Positions 1-10,827 of a stretch of DNA of 64,000 nt are shown one piece after another. Within the stretch, counting starts at the first letter, position 1. Each line of letters starts with the position of its first letter. Where the stretch lies: NCBI GenBank assembly GCA_000155695.1, contig DS990592.1, positions 2,082,635 to 2,146,634 of the forward strand. The letters are read 5' to 3'. The DNA is from Verrucomicrobiia bacterium DG1235 (lineage in GTDB: Bacteria > Verrucomicrobiota > Verrucomicrobiia > Opitutales > Opitutaceae). A program made the translations under genes and the position numbers. The notes below the pieces were generated by a model. That model made no database searches, was not told the origin of the DNA, and was given only the letters and a program-made list of their open reading frames with translations.

Positions 1-237
1 TTCAGAGCCTCCGCCTCCTCTTTCCCGTCAGTCGGCTTAGGCTTGAAGGTCTGCGTCCAGCGACACATGACCTCCCCCGGCAACTCCACCTTGTTCGCGT
101 CGACGATCAGCACATCCACGCGCAGCAGTTCGCCATCCTCCGTTTTTACAAGAGCGCTTGCGACCGCGTCATCCTTCGCGAAGTCCTCGCCGGTGTGGTA
201 AGACTTGCGAGCGATAGGGGTGATATGCCATTCCATG
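1..237 (-). CDS. Partial hypothetical protein; 5' part of the gene, running off the window start
   Basis: ATG at 237 (reverse strand) opens a stop-free frame down to nt 1 (MEWHITPIARKSYHTGEDFAKDD...). It was not in the supplied ORF table, probably because it is truncated. No recognisable family. Confidence 0.3.
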
Positions 238-374
238 CCGAACCACTATTTGAGACGCCAGCCAACTGGCTACAAAATTTTCGGCGTTCGGATTGATTAT
301 GCGCGAAGAATGCTCTTTAAGGTCAGCCTTCTTCGGGACAGACCCGTTAAAAAACTCAACCAAGACACCCCGGC

Positions 375-1523
375 ATGCAACTTAACCGCAAGGTTCGCCC
401 CGAAATCCTCGACTCCGTCGCCCTCCTCGTAATCGACGCTCAAGACAGCTTCATCGACACGCTTCAAGACAAGGAAGGCTTCAAAAAACGAGTCGCCTTC
501 GCCATCGAAGCCGCCCGCTGCCTCCAGCTCCATACCATCTTCACCGAGCAAGCTCCGGAGAAACTTGGCCGCACCAACAGCGATCTCTACAAGCTCGCCC
601 ACAACCCGAAGGTCTTCTCAAAGCAAACCTTCTCCGCCCTCGGAGCCCCCGGCATCGAACGCTACCTGCGCGACAAGGAAATCTACCACCTCCTCGTGGT
701 CGGTCTCGAAGTTCCCATCTGCATATACCAAACCGGCCTTCAGGCAACCGACGAAGACATCGACATCACCTTCCTCAGCGACTGCCTCGGAGCTCGCCGT
801 CCTCAAGACGCAGAGCCAACCCTCGCCGCCCTCGCTCGCATGGGCTGCCAAATCCTCCCGTCGGAAACCATCTTCTACTCCCTGCTATCCGATACCCAAA
901 ATCCCTACTTCAGCCCCTTCACTAAAATCGTGAAAGCCTTCGGGGCAGACGATTTCAACCTCGAATCCTACCTGGAAAACCGTCCTCAAGTCCAAGAGAC
1001 CTCTGACCGCCCTCAAAGACCTCCACGCAAGGAACGCCCGCAGAGAAACGAACCAAGAAGCGAGCGCCCAAACGAGGACCAACAGGAAGAGCGCCCACCA
1101 CGTCCGGAACGTCGAGACGAAAACCGAAGCGAGGATTCCGAAAGACGAGGCGGACGCAACAGAGGGCGGCGTCGCGGCCGCGGTCGTGGACGCGAGCGCG
1201 AAAACGACGAAAAACGGCCGCACCCTTCCGACAACAAGCCAGACTCCCCTCGCCCGGAGCGCCAAGAAAAACCTGAAAGGCCCCAGCAGCAGGAAGCGAA
1301 GGTCGAGACCCGCGCGCCTGAGCCAAAGGCCGATAAACCAAAGCCTAAACCGGTAGAACAGGCATCAGAAACGCCACCCGCCAAAAAAGCCGCAAAAAAG
1401 GCCGCGAAGAAAGCGGCGAAGAAGGTAGCAAAAAAAGCGGCCAAGAAAGTTGCCAAAAAGGCTGCGAAAAAAGTCGCGAAGAAAACCGCCAAGAAGGCGG
1501 ACGCGGATCCGGCTTCGTCCTAG
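375..1523 (+). CDS. Isochorismatase-family (cysteine hydrolase fold) protein with a long C-terminal disordered extension: charged RGG/RGR-rich block followed by an (A/V)KKAAKK histone-H1-like repeat tail
   Basis: N-terminal ~190 aa carry isochorismatase-like motifs (LLVIDAQDSF..., ...VVGLEVPICIYQTGLQATDED...). Residues ~195-340 are an R/E/P/D-rich low-complexity stretch with GGRNRGRRRGRGRGRER. Residues ~340-382 are AKKAAKKAAKKVAKK repeats. All sit in a single continuous ORF. Confidence 0.75.
   Translation: MQLNRKVRPEILDSVALLVIDAQDSFIDTLQDKEGFKKRVAFAIEAARCLQLHTIFTEQAPEKLGRTNSDLYKLAHNPKVFSKQTFSALGAPGIERYLRDKEIYHLLVVGLEVPICIYQTGLQATDEDIDITFLSDCLGARRPQDAEPTLAALARMGCQILPSETIFYSLLSDTQNPYFSPFTKIVKAFGADDFNLESYLENRPQVQETSDRPQRPPRKERPQRNEPRSERPNEDQQEERPPRPERRDENRSEDSERRGGRNRGRRRGRGRGRERENDEKRPHPSDNKPDSPRPERQEKPERPQQQEAKVETRAPEPKADKPKPKPVEQASETPPAKKAAKKAAKKAAKKVAKKAAKKVAKKAAKKVAKKTAKKADADPASS
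1378..1500 (+). repeat. Degenerate 12-nt tandem repeat (gcc aag aaa gcg-like) encoding the (A/V)KKA repeat tail
   Basis: Visible tandem periodicity in the DNA and protein. The mirror-image antisense ORF (1013..1492, FFAAFLATF...) is an artefact of the same repeat. Confidence 0.7.
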
Positions 1524-1533
1524 TCGCCCAAGC

Positions 1534-2568
1534 CTAAGCGAGCTTATCCAATTGCAAACTGGGAGCGATATCCAAGCTCCCAGTTTTTTGTGCCCTGTTT
1601 TCGAATACATGGCTAAACGCAATCATACCCGCGTTATCGCCCGTATGACACCTTCGCGCCAGCAGACTCCGCACCTTTCGCTTTTTGCCGAGAGCCTCGA
1701 ATCGATCGCGTAAAACCTGATTGTTCGAAACGCCGCCAGAAAGGCCGATACTGCGGTACCCGCCAGCCTTCAACGCTCGTTCCGACTTTCGTATCAAAGC
1801 ATCCACTACCGCTTCCTGATACGAAGCGCAAAGATTGCCCATATCCGCTTCGACCGCGCTCGGCTCCATTTTTTCGACCTGATACCGCAAGCTCGTCTTC
1901 AAACCCGAGAAGCTAAAATCCAAATGTTGCTTGTCGACCAGAGCTCGCGGAAAACGGTAAGCCTTCACGTTCCCGCCAACCGCTAGCTTCTCCAGCTTCG
2001 GTCCTCCCGGATAGCCGAGAGCAAGCAGCTTCGCGCCCTTGTCCAAAGCCTCGCCCGCCGCATCATCGATCGTCTGACCGAGAATCGAAAGCGAACGATC
2101 CTTGTCGATACGGGCAAGAATCGTATTCCCGCCGGAAACGATCAACGACAAATGCGGCAAGAACTCCTCCGCTAGCCGTGTATCGAAATCCTCAGGACAC
2201 TCCTCGTACACCGAAACAAAGGGCGAGTGGGCATGAGCTCGCAAATGATTCACCCCGAAGACCGGCACCTTCCACGCCAGCGAAAGAGCGTTCGCAACCG
2301 CCAGTCCCATCGCTAGGCACGCCGCCAGGCCAGGCCCCGTAGTCACCGCGATTTCCGTCACGTCATCGAAGCCAATGTCTCGCCGAGCCTCCTCCAGCAA
2401 AGGAGCGAAATTGTTCAAATGTTCTCGGCTCGCCAAGTCAGGAACCACGCCCCCGTATTCAGCATGCAATGACACCTGACTGCTAATCCACTCTCCACGC
2501 AAACCCACCCCACGCTCGAAAAGAGCGAGAGCCGACTCGTCACAAGAACTTTCGATCGCCAACAACAT
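1534..2568 (-). CDS. tsaD: tRNA N6-adenosine threonylcarbamoyltransferase TsaD (Kae1/Gcp family)
   Basis: 344 aa. MLLAIESSCDESALALF start, GVNHLRAHAHS metal-binding motif, typical C-terminal GDNAGMIA... region. Confidence 0.9.
   Translation of the reverse strand: MLLAIESSCDESALALFERGVGLRGEWISSQVSLHAEYGGVVPDLASREHLNNFAPLLEEARRDIGFDDVTEIAVTTGPGLAACLAMGLAVANALSLAWKVPVFGVNHLRAHAHSPFVSVYEECPEDFDTRLAEEFLPHLSLIVSGGNTILARIDKDRSLSILGQTIDDAAGEALDKGAKLLALGYPGGPKLEKLAVGGNVKAYRFPRALVDKQHLDFSFSGLKTSLRYQVEKMEPSAVEADMGNLCASYQEAVVDALIRKSERALKAGGYRSIGLSGGVSNNQVLRDRFEALGKKRKVRSLLARRCHTGDNAGMIAFSHVFENRAQKTGSLDIAPSLQLDKLA
1559..1592 (+). terminator. Rho-independent terminator of the isochorismatase-fusion gene, lying inside the 3' end of convergent tsaD
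   Basis: aactgggagc-gatatccaa-gctcccag stem (8 bp) followed by tttttt. Confidence 0.55.
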
Positions 2569-2683
2569 ACCTGACCCACTCCTTTACGACTCCCGCCCTC
2601 TCTCGCAACAATAATAGAGGAACATCAAAGAGCGTGACTCTTCTAAATAGATCTGTCTCGTTCTCAAGCGTCACGATTCGCCG

Positions 2684-3700
2684 ATGAACGATTTGCCAAA
2701 ACCACCTCCCGAGATCCTAACCGCCCTCGCCGCAAAAGCGGACTCGGAGGGCTTCATCGAACTCCCCGACTTCATCGAAACCGCCCTCTACCTCCCCAAA
2801 CACGGCTACTACAGCAAGGAGAAGCAACGAGTCGGACGAAATGCGCAATCCGACTTCTACACCTCAGTCAGCCTCAAGGAAGCCTTCGCCGAAATCGTGC
2901 TCGAAGCAAGCTGCTCACTCTTGGAGCAAGCAGGATTCGTCCCGACACAAACACATTGGCTCGAAATCGGAGCCGAACCTGGAGGCGCCTTGCTCGACGG
3001 AATCCAAAATCCATTCAAAAGCGCCTGCGCCCTAGGATTCGGCCAAACCATCGAAATCCCCGACCAAACTATCCTTTTCTCAAACGAACTATTCGACGCG
3101 CAAACCTTCCGACAAATCCGCTTCGACGGACGCGAATGGGTCGAATACGGAGTACGCCTCGACGCAAAGCTTCCCGTCTGGTCCGAACGCAGCACCCTCA
3201 GCGACGAAGCCTCGAAATTCCTCCCCGACCTCCCGAAAGACTTGCCCGCGGGCTACACAATCGACCTCCCAACAGGCTCAAACTGCCTCGCAAAATCGCT
3301 TCTAGAAAAGCCCTGGCCCGGCGCCTTCATCGCCTTCGACTACGGAAAAACCTGGCACGGCATCACGCAAGACACCCCGCAAGGAAGCGCCCGCGCCTAC
3401 TTTCAACACCGCCAAGTGCCCAACATCCTCGAATCCCCAGGCTCCATCGACATCACCCACCACATCTGCTGGGACCATCTCGAGAACCTCCTCCGTTCCG
3501 CCCGCTTCGAAAGCCTATCCCTACAAAGCCAGGAAGCCTTCATCGTGCATCGAGCTCCAAAGTTTCTGCAAAAAGCGTTCGACCCGAGTCGACGCGCCCT
3601 CGACCCTATTCGTCAAAAACTCAAGGAACTCATGCACCCCGCTCTGATGGGGCAGAAATTCCAAGCCCTATGCGCCACAAGAGGCGGCAGCCCCAAATAG
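2684..3700 (+). CDS. Class I SAM-dependent methyltransferase, MidA/NDUFAF7-like (DUF185) family
   Basis: 338 aa. YYSKEKQRVGRNAQSDFYTSVSL resembles the MidA GDFITSPEIS region; size and layout fit. Family call from memory of the motif only. Confidence 0.5.
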   Translation: MNDLPKPPPEILTALAAKADSEGFIELPDFIETALYLPKHGYYSKEKQRVGRNAQSDFYTSVSLKEAFAEIVLEASCSLLEQAGFVPTQTHWLEIGAEPGGALLDGIQNPFKSACALGFGQTIEIPDQTILFSNELFDAQTFRQIRFDGREWVEYGVRLDAKLPVWSERSTLSDEASKFLPDLPKDLPAGYTIDLPTGSNCLAKSLLEKPWPGAFIAFDYGKTWHGITQDTPQGSARAYFQHRQVPNILESPGSIDITHHICWDHLENLLRSARFESLSLQSQEAFIVHRAPKFLQKAFDPSRRALDPIRQKLKELMHPALMGQKFQALCATRGGSPK

Positions 3701-3784
3701 AAAGAGGCCAAAAGAATTTCCATTTGGTACTTGCCAACCCACCCCTCGAACCATTTCTTCCCCGTTTCTCAACCAATTTCCGAC

Positions 3785-4015
3785 ATGGCAAGAATCTGCG
3801 CAATTACAGGCAAACGTCCCACAACCGGCTCAATCATCCACCGCAAGGGACAGGCAAAAAAGAGCGGCGGCATCGGCACGCACGTAACCAAGACTACCAA
3901 GCGTAAGTTCCGTCCAAACGTGCAACGCGTTCGCGTTCGTCTCGCATCTGGCCAGATCAAGCGTATCTGGGTCAGCGCCAAGGCTATCAAAGCCGGCCTC
4001 ATCGAGAAGGCGTAA
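3785..4015 (+). CDS. rpmB: 50S ribosomal protein L28
   Basis: MARICAITGKRPTTGSIIHRKGQAKKSGGIGTHVTKTTKRKFRPNVQRVRVRL... is a canonical L28 sequence. The start is placed at the internal ATG (3785) rather than the 3731 ORF start. Confidence 0.85.
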   Translation: MARICAITGKRPTTGSIIHRKGQAKKSGGIGTHVTKTTKRKFRPNVQRVRVRLASGQIKRIWVSAKAIKAGLIEKA

Positions 4016-4040
4016 GCCCTTCCAAACAAACCACTTTCGA

Positions 4041-4076
4041 AAGCCGCTTCTCCTCCACGGAGAGCGGCTTTTTGCT
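4041..4076 (+). terminator. Rho-independent terminator after rpmB
   Basis: agccgcttctcc-tcca-cggagagcggct hairpin followed by ttttt. Confidence 0.55.
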
Positions 4077-4373
4077 GTCCCCGTTTCCCGTGCCGACCAA
4101 GCCTCGCCCAAGCTTCCTCCCCCCAAAAAAGAGGTTCATCAGCAAACACAGTGGAAATAAGATCCAGCCCGAATGTCGTCACTCTTGCCATCTTGAATCC
4201 TGCTGGCCGCAGGCCACCCTGTTACGGCCAAAGGCCGGATCTCCGTTAAAACAGTTCCTCCCCGTCCACTCGATTTGACGACGAACCCAAAAAAAAGAGC
4301 CGGCCTGCTGATTCAGACCGACTCAATTTTTTCTGAGGCTGTATACAAAATTCTAGCTCGCTACTCGATTATC

Positions 4374-5093
4374 TCAAATCTGGAAGTCCGCCTGGCCGGA
4401 CAACTCGTGAAGCCCACACTCTCGCTTCACTCCGCCGAAGCGGGTTTCCTCCTCAGCCATTCCGGGCATCAGCTTCGATGTACTGTGCCAATCGCCCAAA
4501 GAAACATAGCCCTCGTCCCAAAGCGGATGATAAGGCAGCTCGTGAGCAGCCAAATACTGGTGCATCTCCCGATTTCCCCAGTCGAGGATCGGATAAACCT
4601 TCGTCATCTGATTCTGCCGCTGCACCACCGGGCGATCGCTGCGCGAATTCCCCTGACTCCTTCGCAGACCGGCAAGCCACGCTTTCGCGCCGAGCTCCCG
4701 AACCGCGCGGTCCATAGGCTCTACCTTGTTCAACATCCCGTAGCGCTTCAGCCCTTCCTCGCCATTTTCCCAAAGCTTTCCGAACAGAGCTTCCTGCTCC
4801 GCAGCCGAAATTTTCGCCTGGTACTTTTTCAGATTCAGATTCAACCGCTCCGTCAGCTGCGCCGCGAAACGATAGGTCTCGGGAAACAAATAGCCCGTAT
4901 CGATGAAGACCACCGGAATCTCCGGCAAAATAGAAGTCACCAAATGTAACATCACCGCTGAGTGCGTACCAAAACTGGTCGTCATAATCAGCTCATCGCC
5001 AAAACGCTCGGCCGCCCAGCGTATCCGCTCTTCAGCCGACGCCTGCTCCAAGTCGATGTCATTCAGTTCCATAGTCTCTGTTGCGACGTTCAT
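4374..5093 (-). CDS. cysH: Phosphoadenosine phosphosulfate (PAPS) reductase, thioredoxin-dependent
   Basis: 239 aa. PAPS_reduct fold ([31 protein letters not shown]) and C-terminal ECGLH motif. No extra Cys pairs of the APS-reductase FeS type. Confidence 0.85.
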   Translation of the reverse strand: MNVATETMELNDIDLEQASAEERIRWAAERFGDELIMTTSFGTHSAVMLHLVTSILPEIPVVFIDTGYLFPETYRFAAQLTERLNLNLKKYQAKISAAEQEALFGKLWENGEEGLKRYGMLNKVEPMDRAVRELGAKAWLAGLRRSQGNSRSDRPVVQRQNQMTKVYPILDWGNREMHQYLAAHELPYHPLWDEGYVSLGDWHSTSKLMPGMAEEETRFGGVKRECGLHELSGQADFQI

Positions 5094-5374
5094 ATACTTA
5101 ACTTAAGTAAGTTACTAATCTTATAAATGTTTTCATATTTCAAGCACGATTTGGCAAGCAAATGGATTGCGTCTCGAGAGTAAATAAAAACGCCGATATC
5201 CGTTTAGGGAGTACTCCTAGCTAAAGCACTTGAGATAGGCAAAAAGTCTCAGCATTGAGCGCTTTCCGCATCAAGGCATGGCCTCCATTGCCGATCTATA
5301 GCGCAATTCTTTGCGTCCAAACGACCTCGGTACCGCAAAACCCCAACCAGACCTAAAGCGAGACAACAATATCA

Positions 5375-6565
5375 ATGCTCAAGAACAAATCTGTTAGCGC
5401 ACGCCTCTACACCCTGATCGGTATCCTCAGCCTCTTTCTCATAACAATTGGCATAATTGGAATCTCTGGAGCATCAAAAATCAACTCGACCGTGGCCCAC
5501 CTCAAAGAAATCGCCGATACGGAGGAAACCCATCAAGATATCGAAGACCTGGAATCCGCAGCGAGCTGGATCAGCACTTCGATCACCGTACTACTCGTCA
5601 GCGGTTTCGGCACCATCGGCTTTCTCTCCTTCACCCTCATTGGCTCGATCACCAAGCCACTCCACTCCGTCGAGACCACCCTTCTCGCTATGTCCGAGCA
5701 GACAGGGGGAGCCGCGGCACAAGTCTCCACCTCCAGCCAAGGGCTCGCCGACGGATCCAGCCGCCAGGCCTCCTCCATCCAGCAAACCTCCGCCGCCCTC
5801 TCCGAACTTTCGAGCACCACATCCCGCAACGCCGACAACGCCGTCAAAGCGCGCAACATGGCAAACGAGACGCGCTCCGCCGCCGAAGACGGCACCCGAG
5901 GCATGAACGAGATGATCGAAGCCATGACCGCGATCAAGTCCTCCAGCGACAACATCGCCAACATCATCAAAACCATCGACGAGATCGCCTTTCAAACCAA
6001 CATCCTCGCTCTCAACGCCGCCGTTGAAGCAGCCCGAGCAGGCGAAGCCGGAGCAGGATTCGCCGTCGTCGCCGACGAAGTTCGAAACCTCGCCCAACGA
6101 TGCGCCGCAGCAGCCAAGGATACCGCTTCACAAATCGAAGACTCCATCCAACGCTCCGAGCGTGGCGTCGAAATCTCCAACCGCGTCGGCGAGAGCTTCG
6201 ACAATATCCTCGGCAAAGCCCGCAATGTGAACGAGCTCGTGGAAGAGATCTCAAACGCCAGCCAAGAACAGACCAACAGCATCTCACAAATCAACGCCGC
6301 CGTCAGCGAACTGGATCGCGACATCCAAGCCAATTCCGCCACCGCCGAAGAAACCGCCAGCACCTCAGAAGAACTCTCCTCCCAAGCCGAAATGCTGCAG
6401 CAAACCGTGCTCGATCTCCAACGCATCCTAAGCGGACAGAATTCCCTGCCCTCGCAAGTCTTCAACGCCTCGACCAAAGGCAAAGCCGCCCCCACGCAAA
6501 ACGCGGACTGGGACAGCTTCGACCTCGAAAAAGATCGAGCCAAAAACGAAGCCCTTTTCAACTAA
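5375..6565 (+). CDS. Methyl-accepting chemotaxis protein (short MCP with two N-terminal TM helices and minimal periplasmic loop)
   Basis: Highly conserved MCP signalling-domain core ([42 protein letters not shown]). Confidence 0.85.
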   Translation: MLKNKSVSARLYTLIGILSLFLITIGIIGISGASKINSTVAHLKEIADTEETHQDIEDLESAASWISTSITVLLVSGFGTIGFLSFTLIGSITKPLHSVETTLLAMSEQTGGAAAQVSTSSQGLADGSSRQASSIQQTSAALSELSSTTSRNADNAVKARNMANETRSAAEDGTRGMNEMIEAMTAIKSSSDNIANIIKTIDEIAFQTNILALNAAVEAARAGEAGAGFAVVADEVRNLAQRCAAAAKDTASQIEDSIQRSERGVEISNRVGESFDNILGKARNVNELVEEISNASQEQTNSISQINAAVSELDRDIQANSATAEETASTSEELSSQAEMLQQTVLDLQRILSGQNSLPSQVFNASTKGKAAPTQNADWDSFDLEKDRAKNEALFN

Positions 6566-6581
6566 TCTCAGCCTCAGCATT

Positions 6582-6615
6582 CAAAACACAAAAGGCCGAG
6601 CCCCCAAAGGCTCGG
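6582..6615. terminator. Bidirectional Rho-independent terminator between the MCP gene (+) and the secreted ARH-like gene (-)
   Basis: aaaaggccgagcc-cccaaa-ggctcggcctttttg: perfect 9-bp stem flanked by an A-run and a T-run. Confidence 0.6.
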
Positions 6616-6636
6616 CCTTTTTGCGTTCATACCAAT

Positions 6637-7941
6637 TCACTTCCACAGCGGAACCAGCCAAAACCGCCCATCCTCGCTCACTTCGCCACCCATCTCCTTC
6701 AAAACGACGCGGTCGACCACCTCAACACCTCGCTCCGCCATCTGCGAAAACGTATCCTCTCCCTCAATACCTGCCGTCCGATCCGGAAAGCCGCGACGCG
6801 TTCGATGAATGAAATACGTATCCGAAAAACCAACACCGCCAAACGCCTCCTCCACACCAGATTTTCCAAGCATAAACCCAAGCAGTCCGCCCCAAGTCGC
6901 CGTGGGATTATCCGAATCCCAACCGGCCAGGGTCCCGATCTGAATCGTACGCTTCAAATCCCCTTCCCCATAAAAAAGACTCACTAGACTCGCCCCGAAA
7001 TTGATGCCCGCATCAAACGGCCGTTTGTACACATATCCATCCTTTCCCCCGATCTGATAAGCCTCATACAAAGCATCCCGAGTCGACTCCCAACTCTCCC
7101 CCGCATCGTAAGCATCCTTCACGAAATCGTACATCCCTGCCACATACGACCCAGCCGGCAAACCCTTCCGAGCCTGCTCGGCCATCCAAAAAACGCGCTC
7201 CTTCATCCCGCCCTTCTCTTCGGAAACAGCCGCTAGCGAATACATCGTCACATAAAACTCAGACGCCCACTTCGCATCCTCCCGGGCCGTCGTCAAAATC
7301 GGCAACTCCGCCATACGCAAGGCCACATCCGGCCGTCCAGGCGCAAACAAACCAAAAATCTCCGTCGTCAGCTGCGCATCGATCATCGCGTAGTCCGGAT
7401 TGTTCTCCGGCAAGCTCGTCTCCGGCGGCAGCATCCCCTTCCGCATCAGCTCAAACGCATTCTCGTTGGAAACCCAAAGAAAATTCTCCCCATCCGTATT
7501 GTAGTTATCCGACCACAAATGCCTCAGCCAGCCCTCTCGAATCTGCTCGGCCGACAACACACTCACCGCATTCTTCTCCAGCAAATACTGATACATGTAC
7601 TCGATATCCGTATCGTCGTCCGCGCCCCAAACCTCCCCTTCCTTCACCAAGTAAAAATCAATCACCGGCAAGGGTCCGAGATTCCCCCAGATATTTTCGC
7701 CATCCGCCGCCCCCCAATCCGCATCCGTGTAAAACGGCGCCTCCACCCGATCCATCTCCGTCGTCAAGCCCGTCCAGTTAGCGATGCACTGCCCCAGCCA
7801 AAATCCCCTCAAACCTTCCGCATAATCCGCTCGCGAAATCTCCAACATCTCTTGCTGAGCCCCCAAGCTCGCTAATGCCAACGGCACGAAAACCAGAATA
7901 CGAAAACCAAATAATAGTCGCTTCATAAGCTGCGATTTCAC
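6637..7941 (-). CDS. Secreted ADP-ribosylglycohydrolase (ARH/DraG-fold) family protein
   Basis: 434 aa. N-terminal signal peptide (LLFGFRILVFVPLALASLGA). GFWLGQCIANWTG near the N-terminus and C-terminal GWDSDNPTATWGGLLGFMLG matching the ARH GxDxDTxAAIAGxLxG region. Confidence 0.55.
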   Translation of the reverse strand: MKSQLMKRLLFGFRILVFVPLALASLGAQQEMLEISRADYAEGLRGFWLGQCIANWTGLTTEMDRVEAPFYTDADWGAADGENIWGNLGPLPVIDFYLVKEGEVWGADDDTDIEYMYQYLLEKNAVSVLSAEQIREGWLRHLWSDNYNTDGENFLWVSNENAFELMRKGMLPPETSLPENNPDYAMIDAQLTTEIFGLFAPGRPDVALRMAELPILTTAREDAKWASEFYVTMYSLAAVSEEKGGMKERVFWMAEQARKGLPAGSYVAGMYDFVKDAYDAGESWESTRDALYEAYQIGGKDGYVYKRPFDAGINFGASLVSLFYGEGDLKRTIQIGTLAGWDSDNPTATWGGLLGFMLGKSGVEEAFGGVGFSDTYFIHRTRRGFPDRTAGIEGEDTFSQMAERGVEVVDRVVLKEMGGEVSEDGRFWLVPLWK

Positions 7942-8018
7942 GCAACTACAGCAAGTGTGGCAACCTTCCTTTTACTCGTACGAGTTGTGCCGGGACCCGT
8001 TCCCGTTTCAAAAACTCG

Positions 8019-10202
8019 CTAGCTCTTAAGATCCACCGGCAAGCTCCGCACCCGCTTCCCGCTCGCCGCATAAATCGCATTGCAAACCGCCGGAGCTACC
8101 GCCGGCACTCCTGGTTCACCTATTCCACCCATGGGTCCATCATCTTCCAAAAAATGTACCGACAATTTGGGTACCTCGTTCATACGAAGAATCGGATACT
8201 CATCATAGTTCCCTTCCAGAATTCGCCCCTTCTCAAAAGTGAGCTTCCCATACTTCAAGGCGCTGATACCCCACACAATCGCTCCCTCTATCTGATTCTC
8301 CGCCAACTGCGGATTCACCACAATTCCAGGCGCCACGATCGCATCGACTTTCAACACCCGAAAATCGTCGCCTGACACCTCCACTTCCGCCACCTGGCAA
8401 ACCACCGTCGATCCAAACTTCGACATGGCAATCCCCCGCCCCCTTCCGCTTGGCAGCTCCGATCCCCAGTCAGTAAATTTGGATACAGACTCCAGCACGC
8501 GCAACGCTCGCTCCGTCATCGCCCGCCAATAGTCGTCCCCCTCAAACTCTGCCACCGCACGCCGCGAATGCTTCAAGCGAAACCCGTACGGATCCTCTCC
8601 CGCCAAATAGGCCATCTCGTCAATAAACGACTCCTCGGGAAACGCCTGCAAATGCTCCGTCACGCTACGCCAAGCACCCGTTTGAACCGGCTCTTCCAAC
8701 AGATTCGACATCACTTTCACATTCCGAATTCCATACGGCAGATAAGCCCAATGCAAAACCCACCAAAACCGAGGCGAGCCCACGACTCCATAGTCACTCT
8801 TAAGCCCTGAAATAAATCCGTCCGCATCAAGACAAGCCTCCCAATTCGATCGCTTATACGGATGATAGTAATCGTTCCGCATATCATCCTCACGCGTCCA
8901 AACCGTCTTCACTGGACGGCCTGCCTGCTTCGCCAACAACACCGCCTCGATTACGAAGTCCAGCCAAACGCGCCTCCCAAACGAGCCGCCCGCGATCAGG
9001 TTGTTGATGCGCACCTTCTCCAAAGGTATACCCATTACCTCCGCAACCGCTTCGGCCATGTTATTCGAGTTTTGAGCCGACGTCCATATCTCCACCCGAT
9101 CTCCTTTCCAACGTGCCGTCGTATTCAAAGGCTCCATACTCGCATGCGCCTGAAATTGCGTTTCATACACTGCCTCCAAGGATTTTTCACCCGCCGCAAA
9201 CGCGACATCTACATCCCCAAAATCATTCTTAACCTCGCTTGCTATAAACGTCCCCGCTTCGAATCGATCACGTAAAGTCTCTATGCTTGCCTCTCCATTC
9301 TCGCCATCATCCCAATTCACCTTAAGCGCAGCCTTACCCTGAAACGCAGCCCAAGTCGAATTCGCCAATACCGCAACTCCACTTGGGTACCCGCGAAACA
9401 AAACCTCGTCCGGATCCCGTCCTTGAATATCAATTACAGAAGCCACCCCAGATACCCTCATCGCCTCGCTCCCGTCAAATGAAAGCAATTTCGCCCCCAA
9501 TACCGGACCACGCTCAATCGCCGCATACAACATCCCAGGCAAAGACACGTTCATCCCATAGTTCGCCTCGCCCTTCGCATAGGCTTGATTGTGCGCATTG
9601 GGCTTCGCCTTGCCGATTATCTTGAAATCCTTCGCAGCCTTCAGAGCGGGAGCTTCAGGCACCGGCAAACGCGCTGCCGCTTCAGCTAGCTCATAAAAAG
9701 GCTTCTCCCTCCCACTCGCCAAATGCTTCACGCGCCCACCTTCGGCAACACAACTCCCAACCTTGACCTGCCAAGTGTCCGCCGCCGCCTGGATTAGCAT
9801 CTCCCGAGCCGCCGCTCCTGACTTTCGCATCGGCTCCCACATCGTGCTCAATACGGAGCTACCGCCCGTTACACCGCCCATCGGCGATTCGTAGTACGCC
9901 TTCGTTCCCTCCGAAAATTCGATCTGCGACACTCTTACTCGCCCCCAGTCAAATCCAACCTCCTCCGCAAACAACATCGCCACACCCGTAGGCGAGCTCT
10001 GCCCCATCTCCATCTTGCCTAACTTCAACAGCAAACTTCCATCCACGTCAAACTGCGCAAAAAACCACGGACTATCCGCTGCTATACTCCCCGCAACAAC
10101 CCCATTCGCTTTCGTCAGCCAAAAACCACTCAACAGCAAACCGCCACCCGCCAAGCTACTCGCTTTTAGGAAACTCCTTCTCGATACGCCACTTGATTTC
10201 AT
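8019..10202 (-). CDS. Molybdopterin-binding subunit of an aldehyde oxidase/xanthine dehydrogenase family oxidoreductase (IorB-like, Tat-exported)
   Basis: 727 aa. Twin-arginine signal ([20 protein letters not shown]). XDH large-subunit-like domains. Overlaps the upstream 2Fe-2S subunit gene by 4 bp. Confidence 0.85.
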   Translation of the reverse strand: MKSSGVSRRSFLKASSLAGGGLLLSGFWLTKANGVVAGSIAADSPWFFAQFDVDGSLLLKLGKMEMGQSSPTGVAMLFAEEVGFDWGRVRVSQIEFSEGTKAYYESPMGGVTGGSSVLSTMWEPMRKSGAAAREMLIQAAADTWQVKVGSCVAEGGRVKHLASGREKPFYELAEAAARLPVPEAPALKAAKDFKIIGKAKPNAHNQAYAKGEANYGMNVSLPGMLYAAIERGPVLGAKLLSFDGSEAMRVSGVASVIDIQGRDPDEVLFRGYPSGVAVLANSTWAAFQGKAALKVNWDDGENGEASIETLRDRFEAGTFIASEVKNDFGDVDVAFAAGEKSLEAVYETQFQAHASMEPLNTTARWKGDRVEIWTSAQNSNNMAEAVAEVMGIPLEKVRINNLIAGGSFGRRVWLDFVIEAVLLAKQAGRPVKTVWTREDDMRNDYYHPYKRSNWEACLDADGFISGLKSDYGVVGSPRFWWVLHWAYLPYGIRNVKVMSNLLEEPVQTGAWRSVTEHLQAFPEESFIDEMAYLAGEDPYGFRLKHSRRAVAEFEGDDYWRAMTERALRVLESVSKFTDWGSELPSGRGRGIAMSKFGSTVVCQVAEVEVSGDDFRVLKVDAIVAPGIVVNPQLAENQIEGAIVWGISALKYGKLTFEKGRILEGNYDEYPILRMNEVPKLSVHFLEDDGPMGGIGEPGVPAVAPAVCNAIYAASGKRVRSLPVDLKS

Positions 10203-10669
10203 TTCGCTTCCTCCGTTAATTTCGACGCTGAATGTATTGCTTTTCGAATACGCTTATACGTTCCGCAACGGCACAGATTTCCAGACATTGCCACATCAAT
10301 CGCCTCATCGCTTGGCCGCGGATTCGTCTTCAACAACGCAACCGCCGACATGATTTGACCCGACTGACAATACCCGCACTGCGATACGTTCTCCTCGCAC
10401 CACGCCTCCTGCACCGGATGCAGTCCCCTCTCGGCCAAGCCCTCGATCGTTCGCAATTCCAATCCTGCCGCAGCTCCCACCGGCAACTGACAAGATCGCA
10501 CCGCCGCTTCGCCTAAATGCACCGTGCAGCTCCCGCACTGCCCTATCCCGCATCCAAACTTCGTCCCCGTCAGCCCGAGCGTATCTCGCAAAACCCAGAG
10601 CAAAGGAGTCTCCAGATCCACTTCCACCTCATATACCTCACTGTTAATCTTAAGGGAAATCTGCGCCAT
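10199..10669 (-). CDS. (2Fe-2S)-binding small subunit (IorA/CoxS-like) of the same oxidoreductase
   Basis: 156 aa. [12 protein letters not shown] and CGYCQSG...CRCGTY cysteine motifs. Confidence 0.85.
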   Translation of the reverse strand: MAQISLKINSEVYEVEVDLETPLLWVLRDTLGLTGTKFGCGIGQCGSCTVHLGEAAVRSCQLPVGAAAGLELRTIEGLAERGLHPVQEAWCEENVSQCGYCQSGQIMSAVALLKTNPRPSDEAIDVAMSGNLCRCGTYKRIRKAIHSASKLTEEAK

Positions 10670-10827
10670 ACAAAAACCTTGGGTTGAATGCTAAAACCAC
10701 AAGCTGCCCCGTATCGCTCCCCTTTCTCAATCGATTCCTCATAAACGGTCCTCGCCGCAAACCAATGGTCGCATCATCCACCAATTGGACTCGATAAAAC
10801 ACTTCTCCCCCCTCTATCCTCTCTCCC

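Noticed and set aside
1013-1492. 159-aa antisense ORF (FFATFFAAFLATF... repeats)
   Set aside because: Mirror image of the (AKKA)n coding repeat on the opposite strand; no independent coding signal.
2956-3906. 316-aa Arg/Pro-rich ORF overlapping the MidA-like gene and rpmB
   Set aside because: Typical high-GC alternative-frame artefact; overlaps two well-supported genes.
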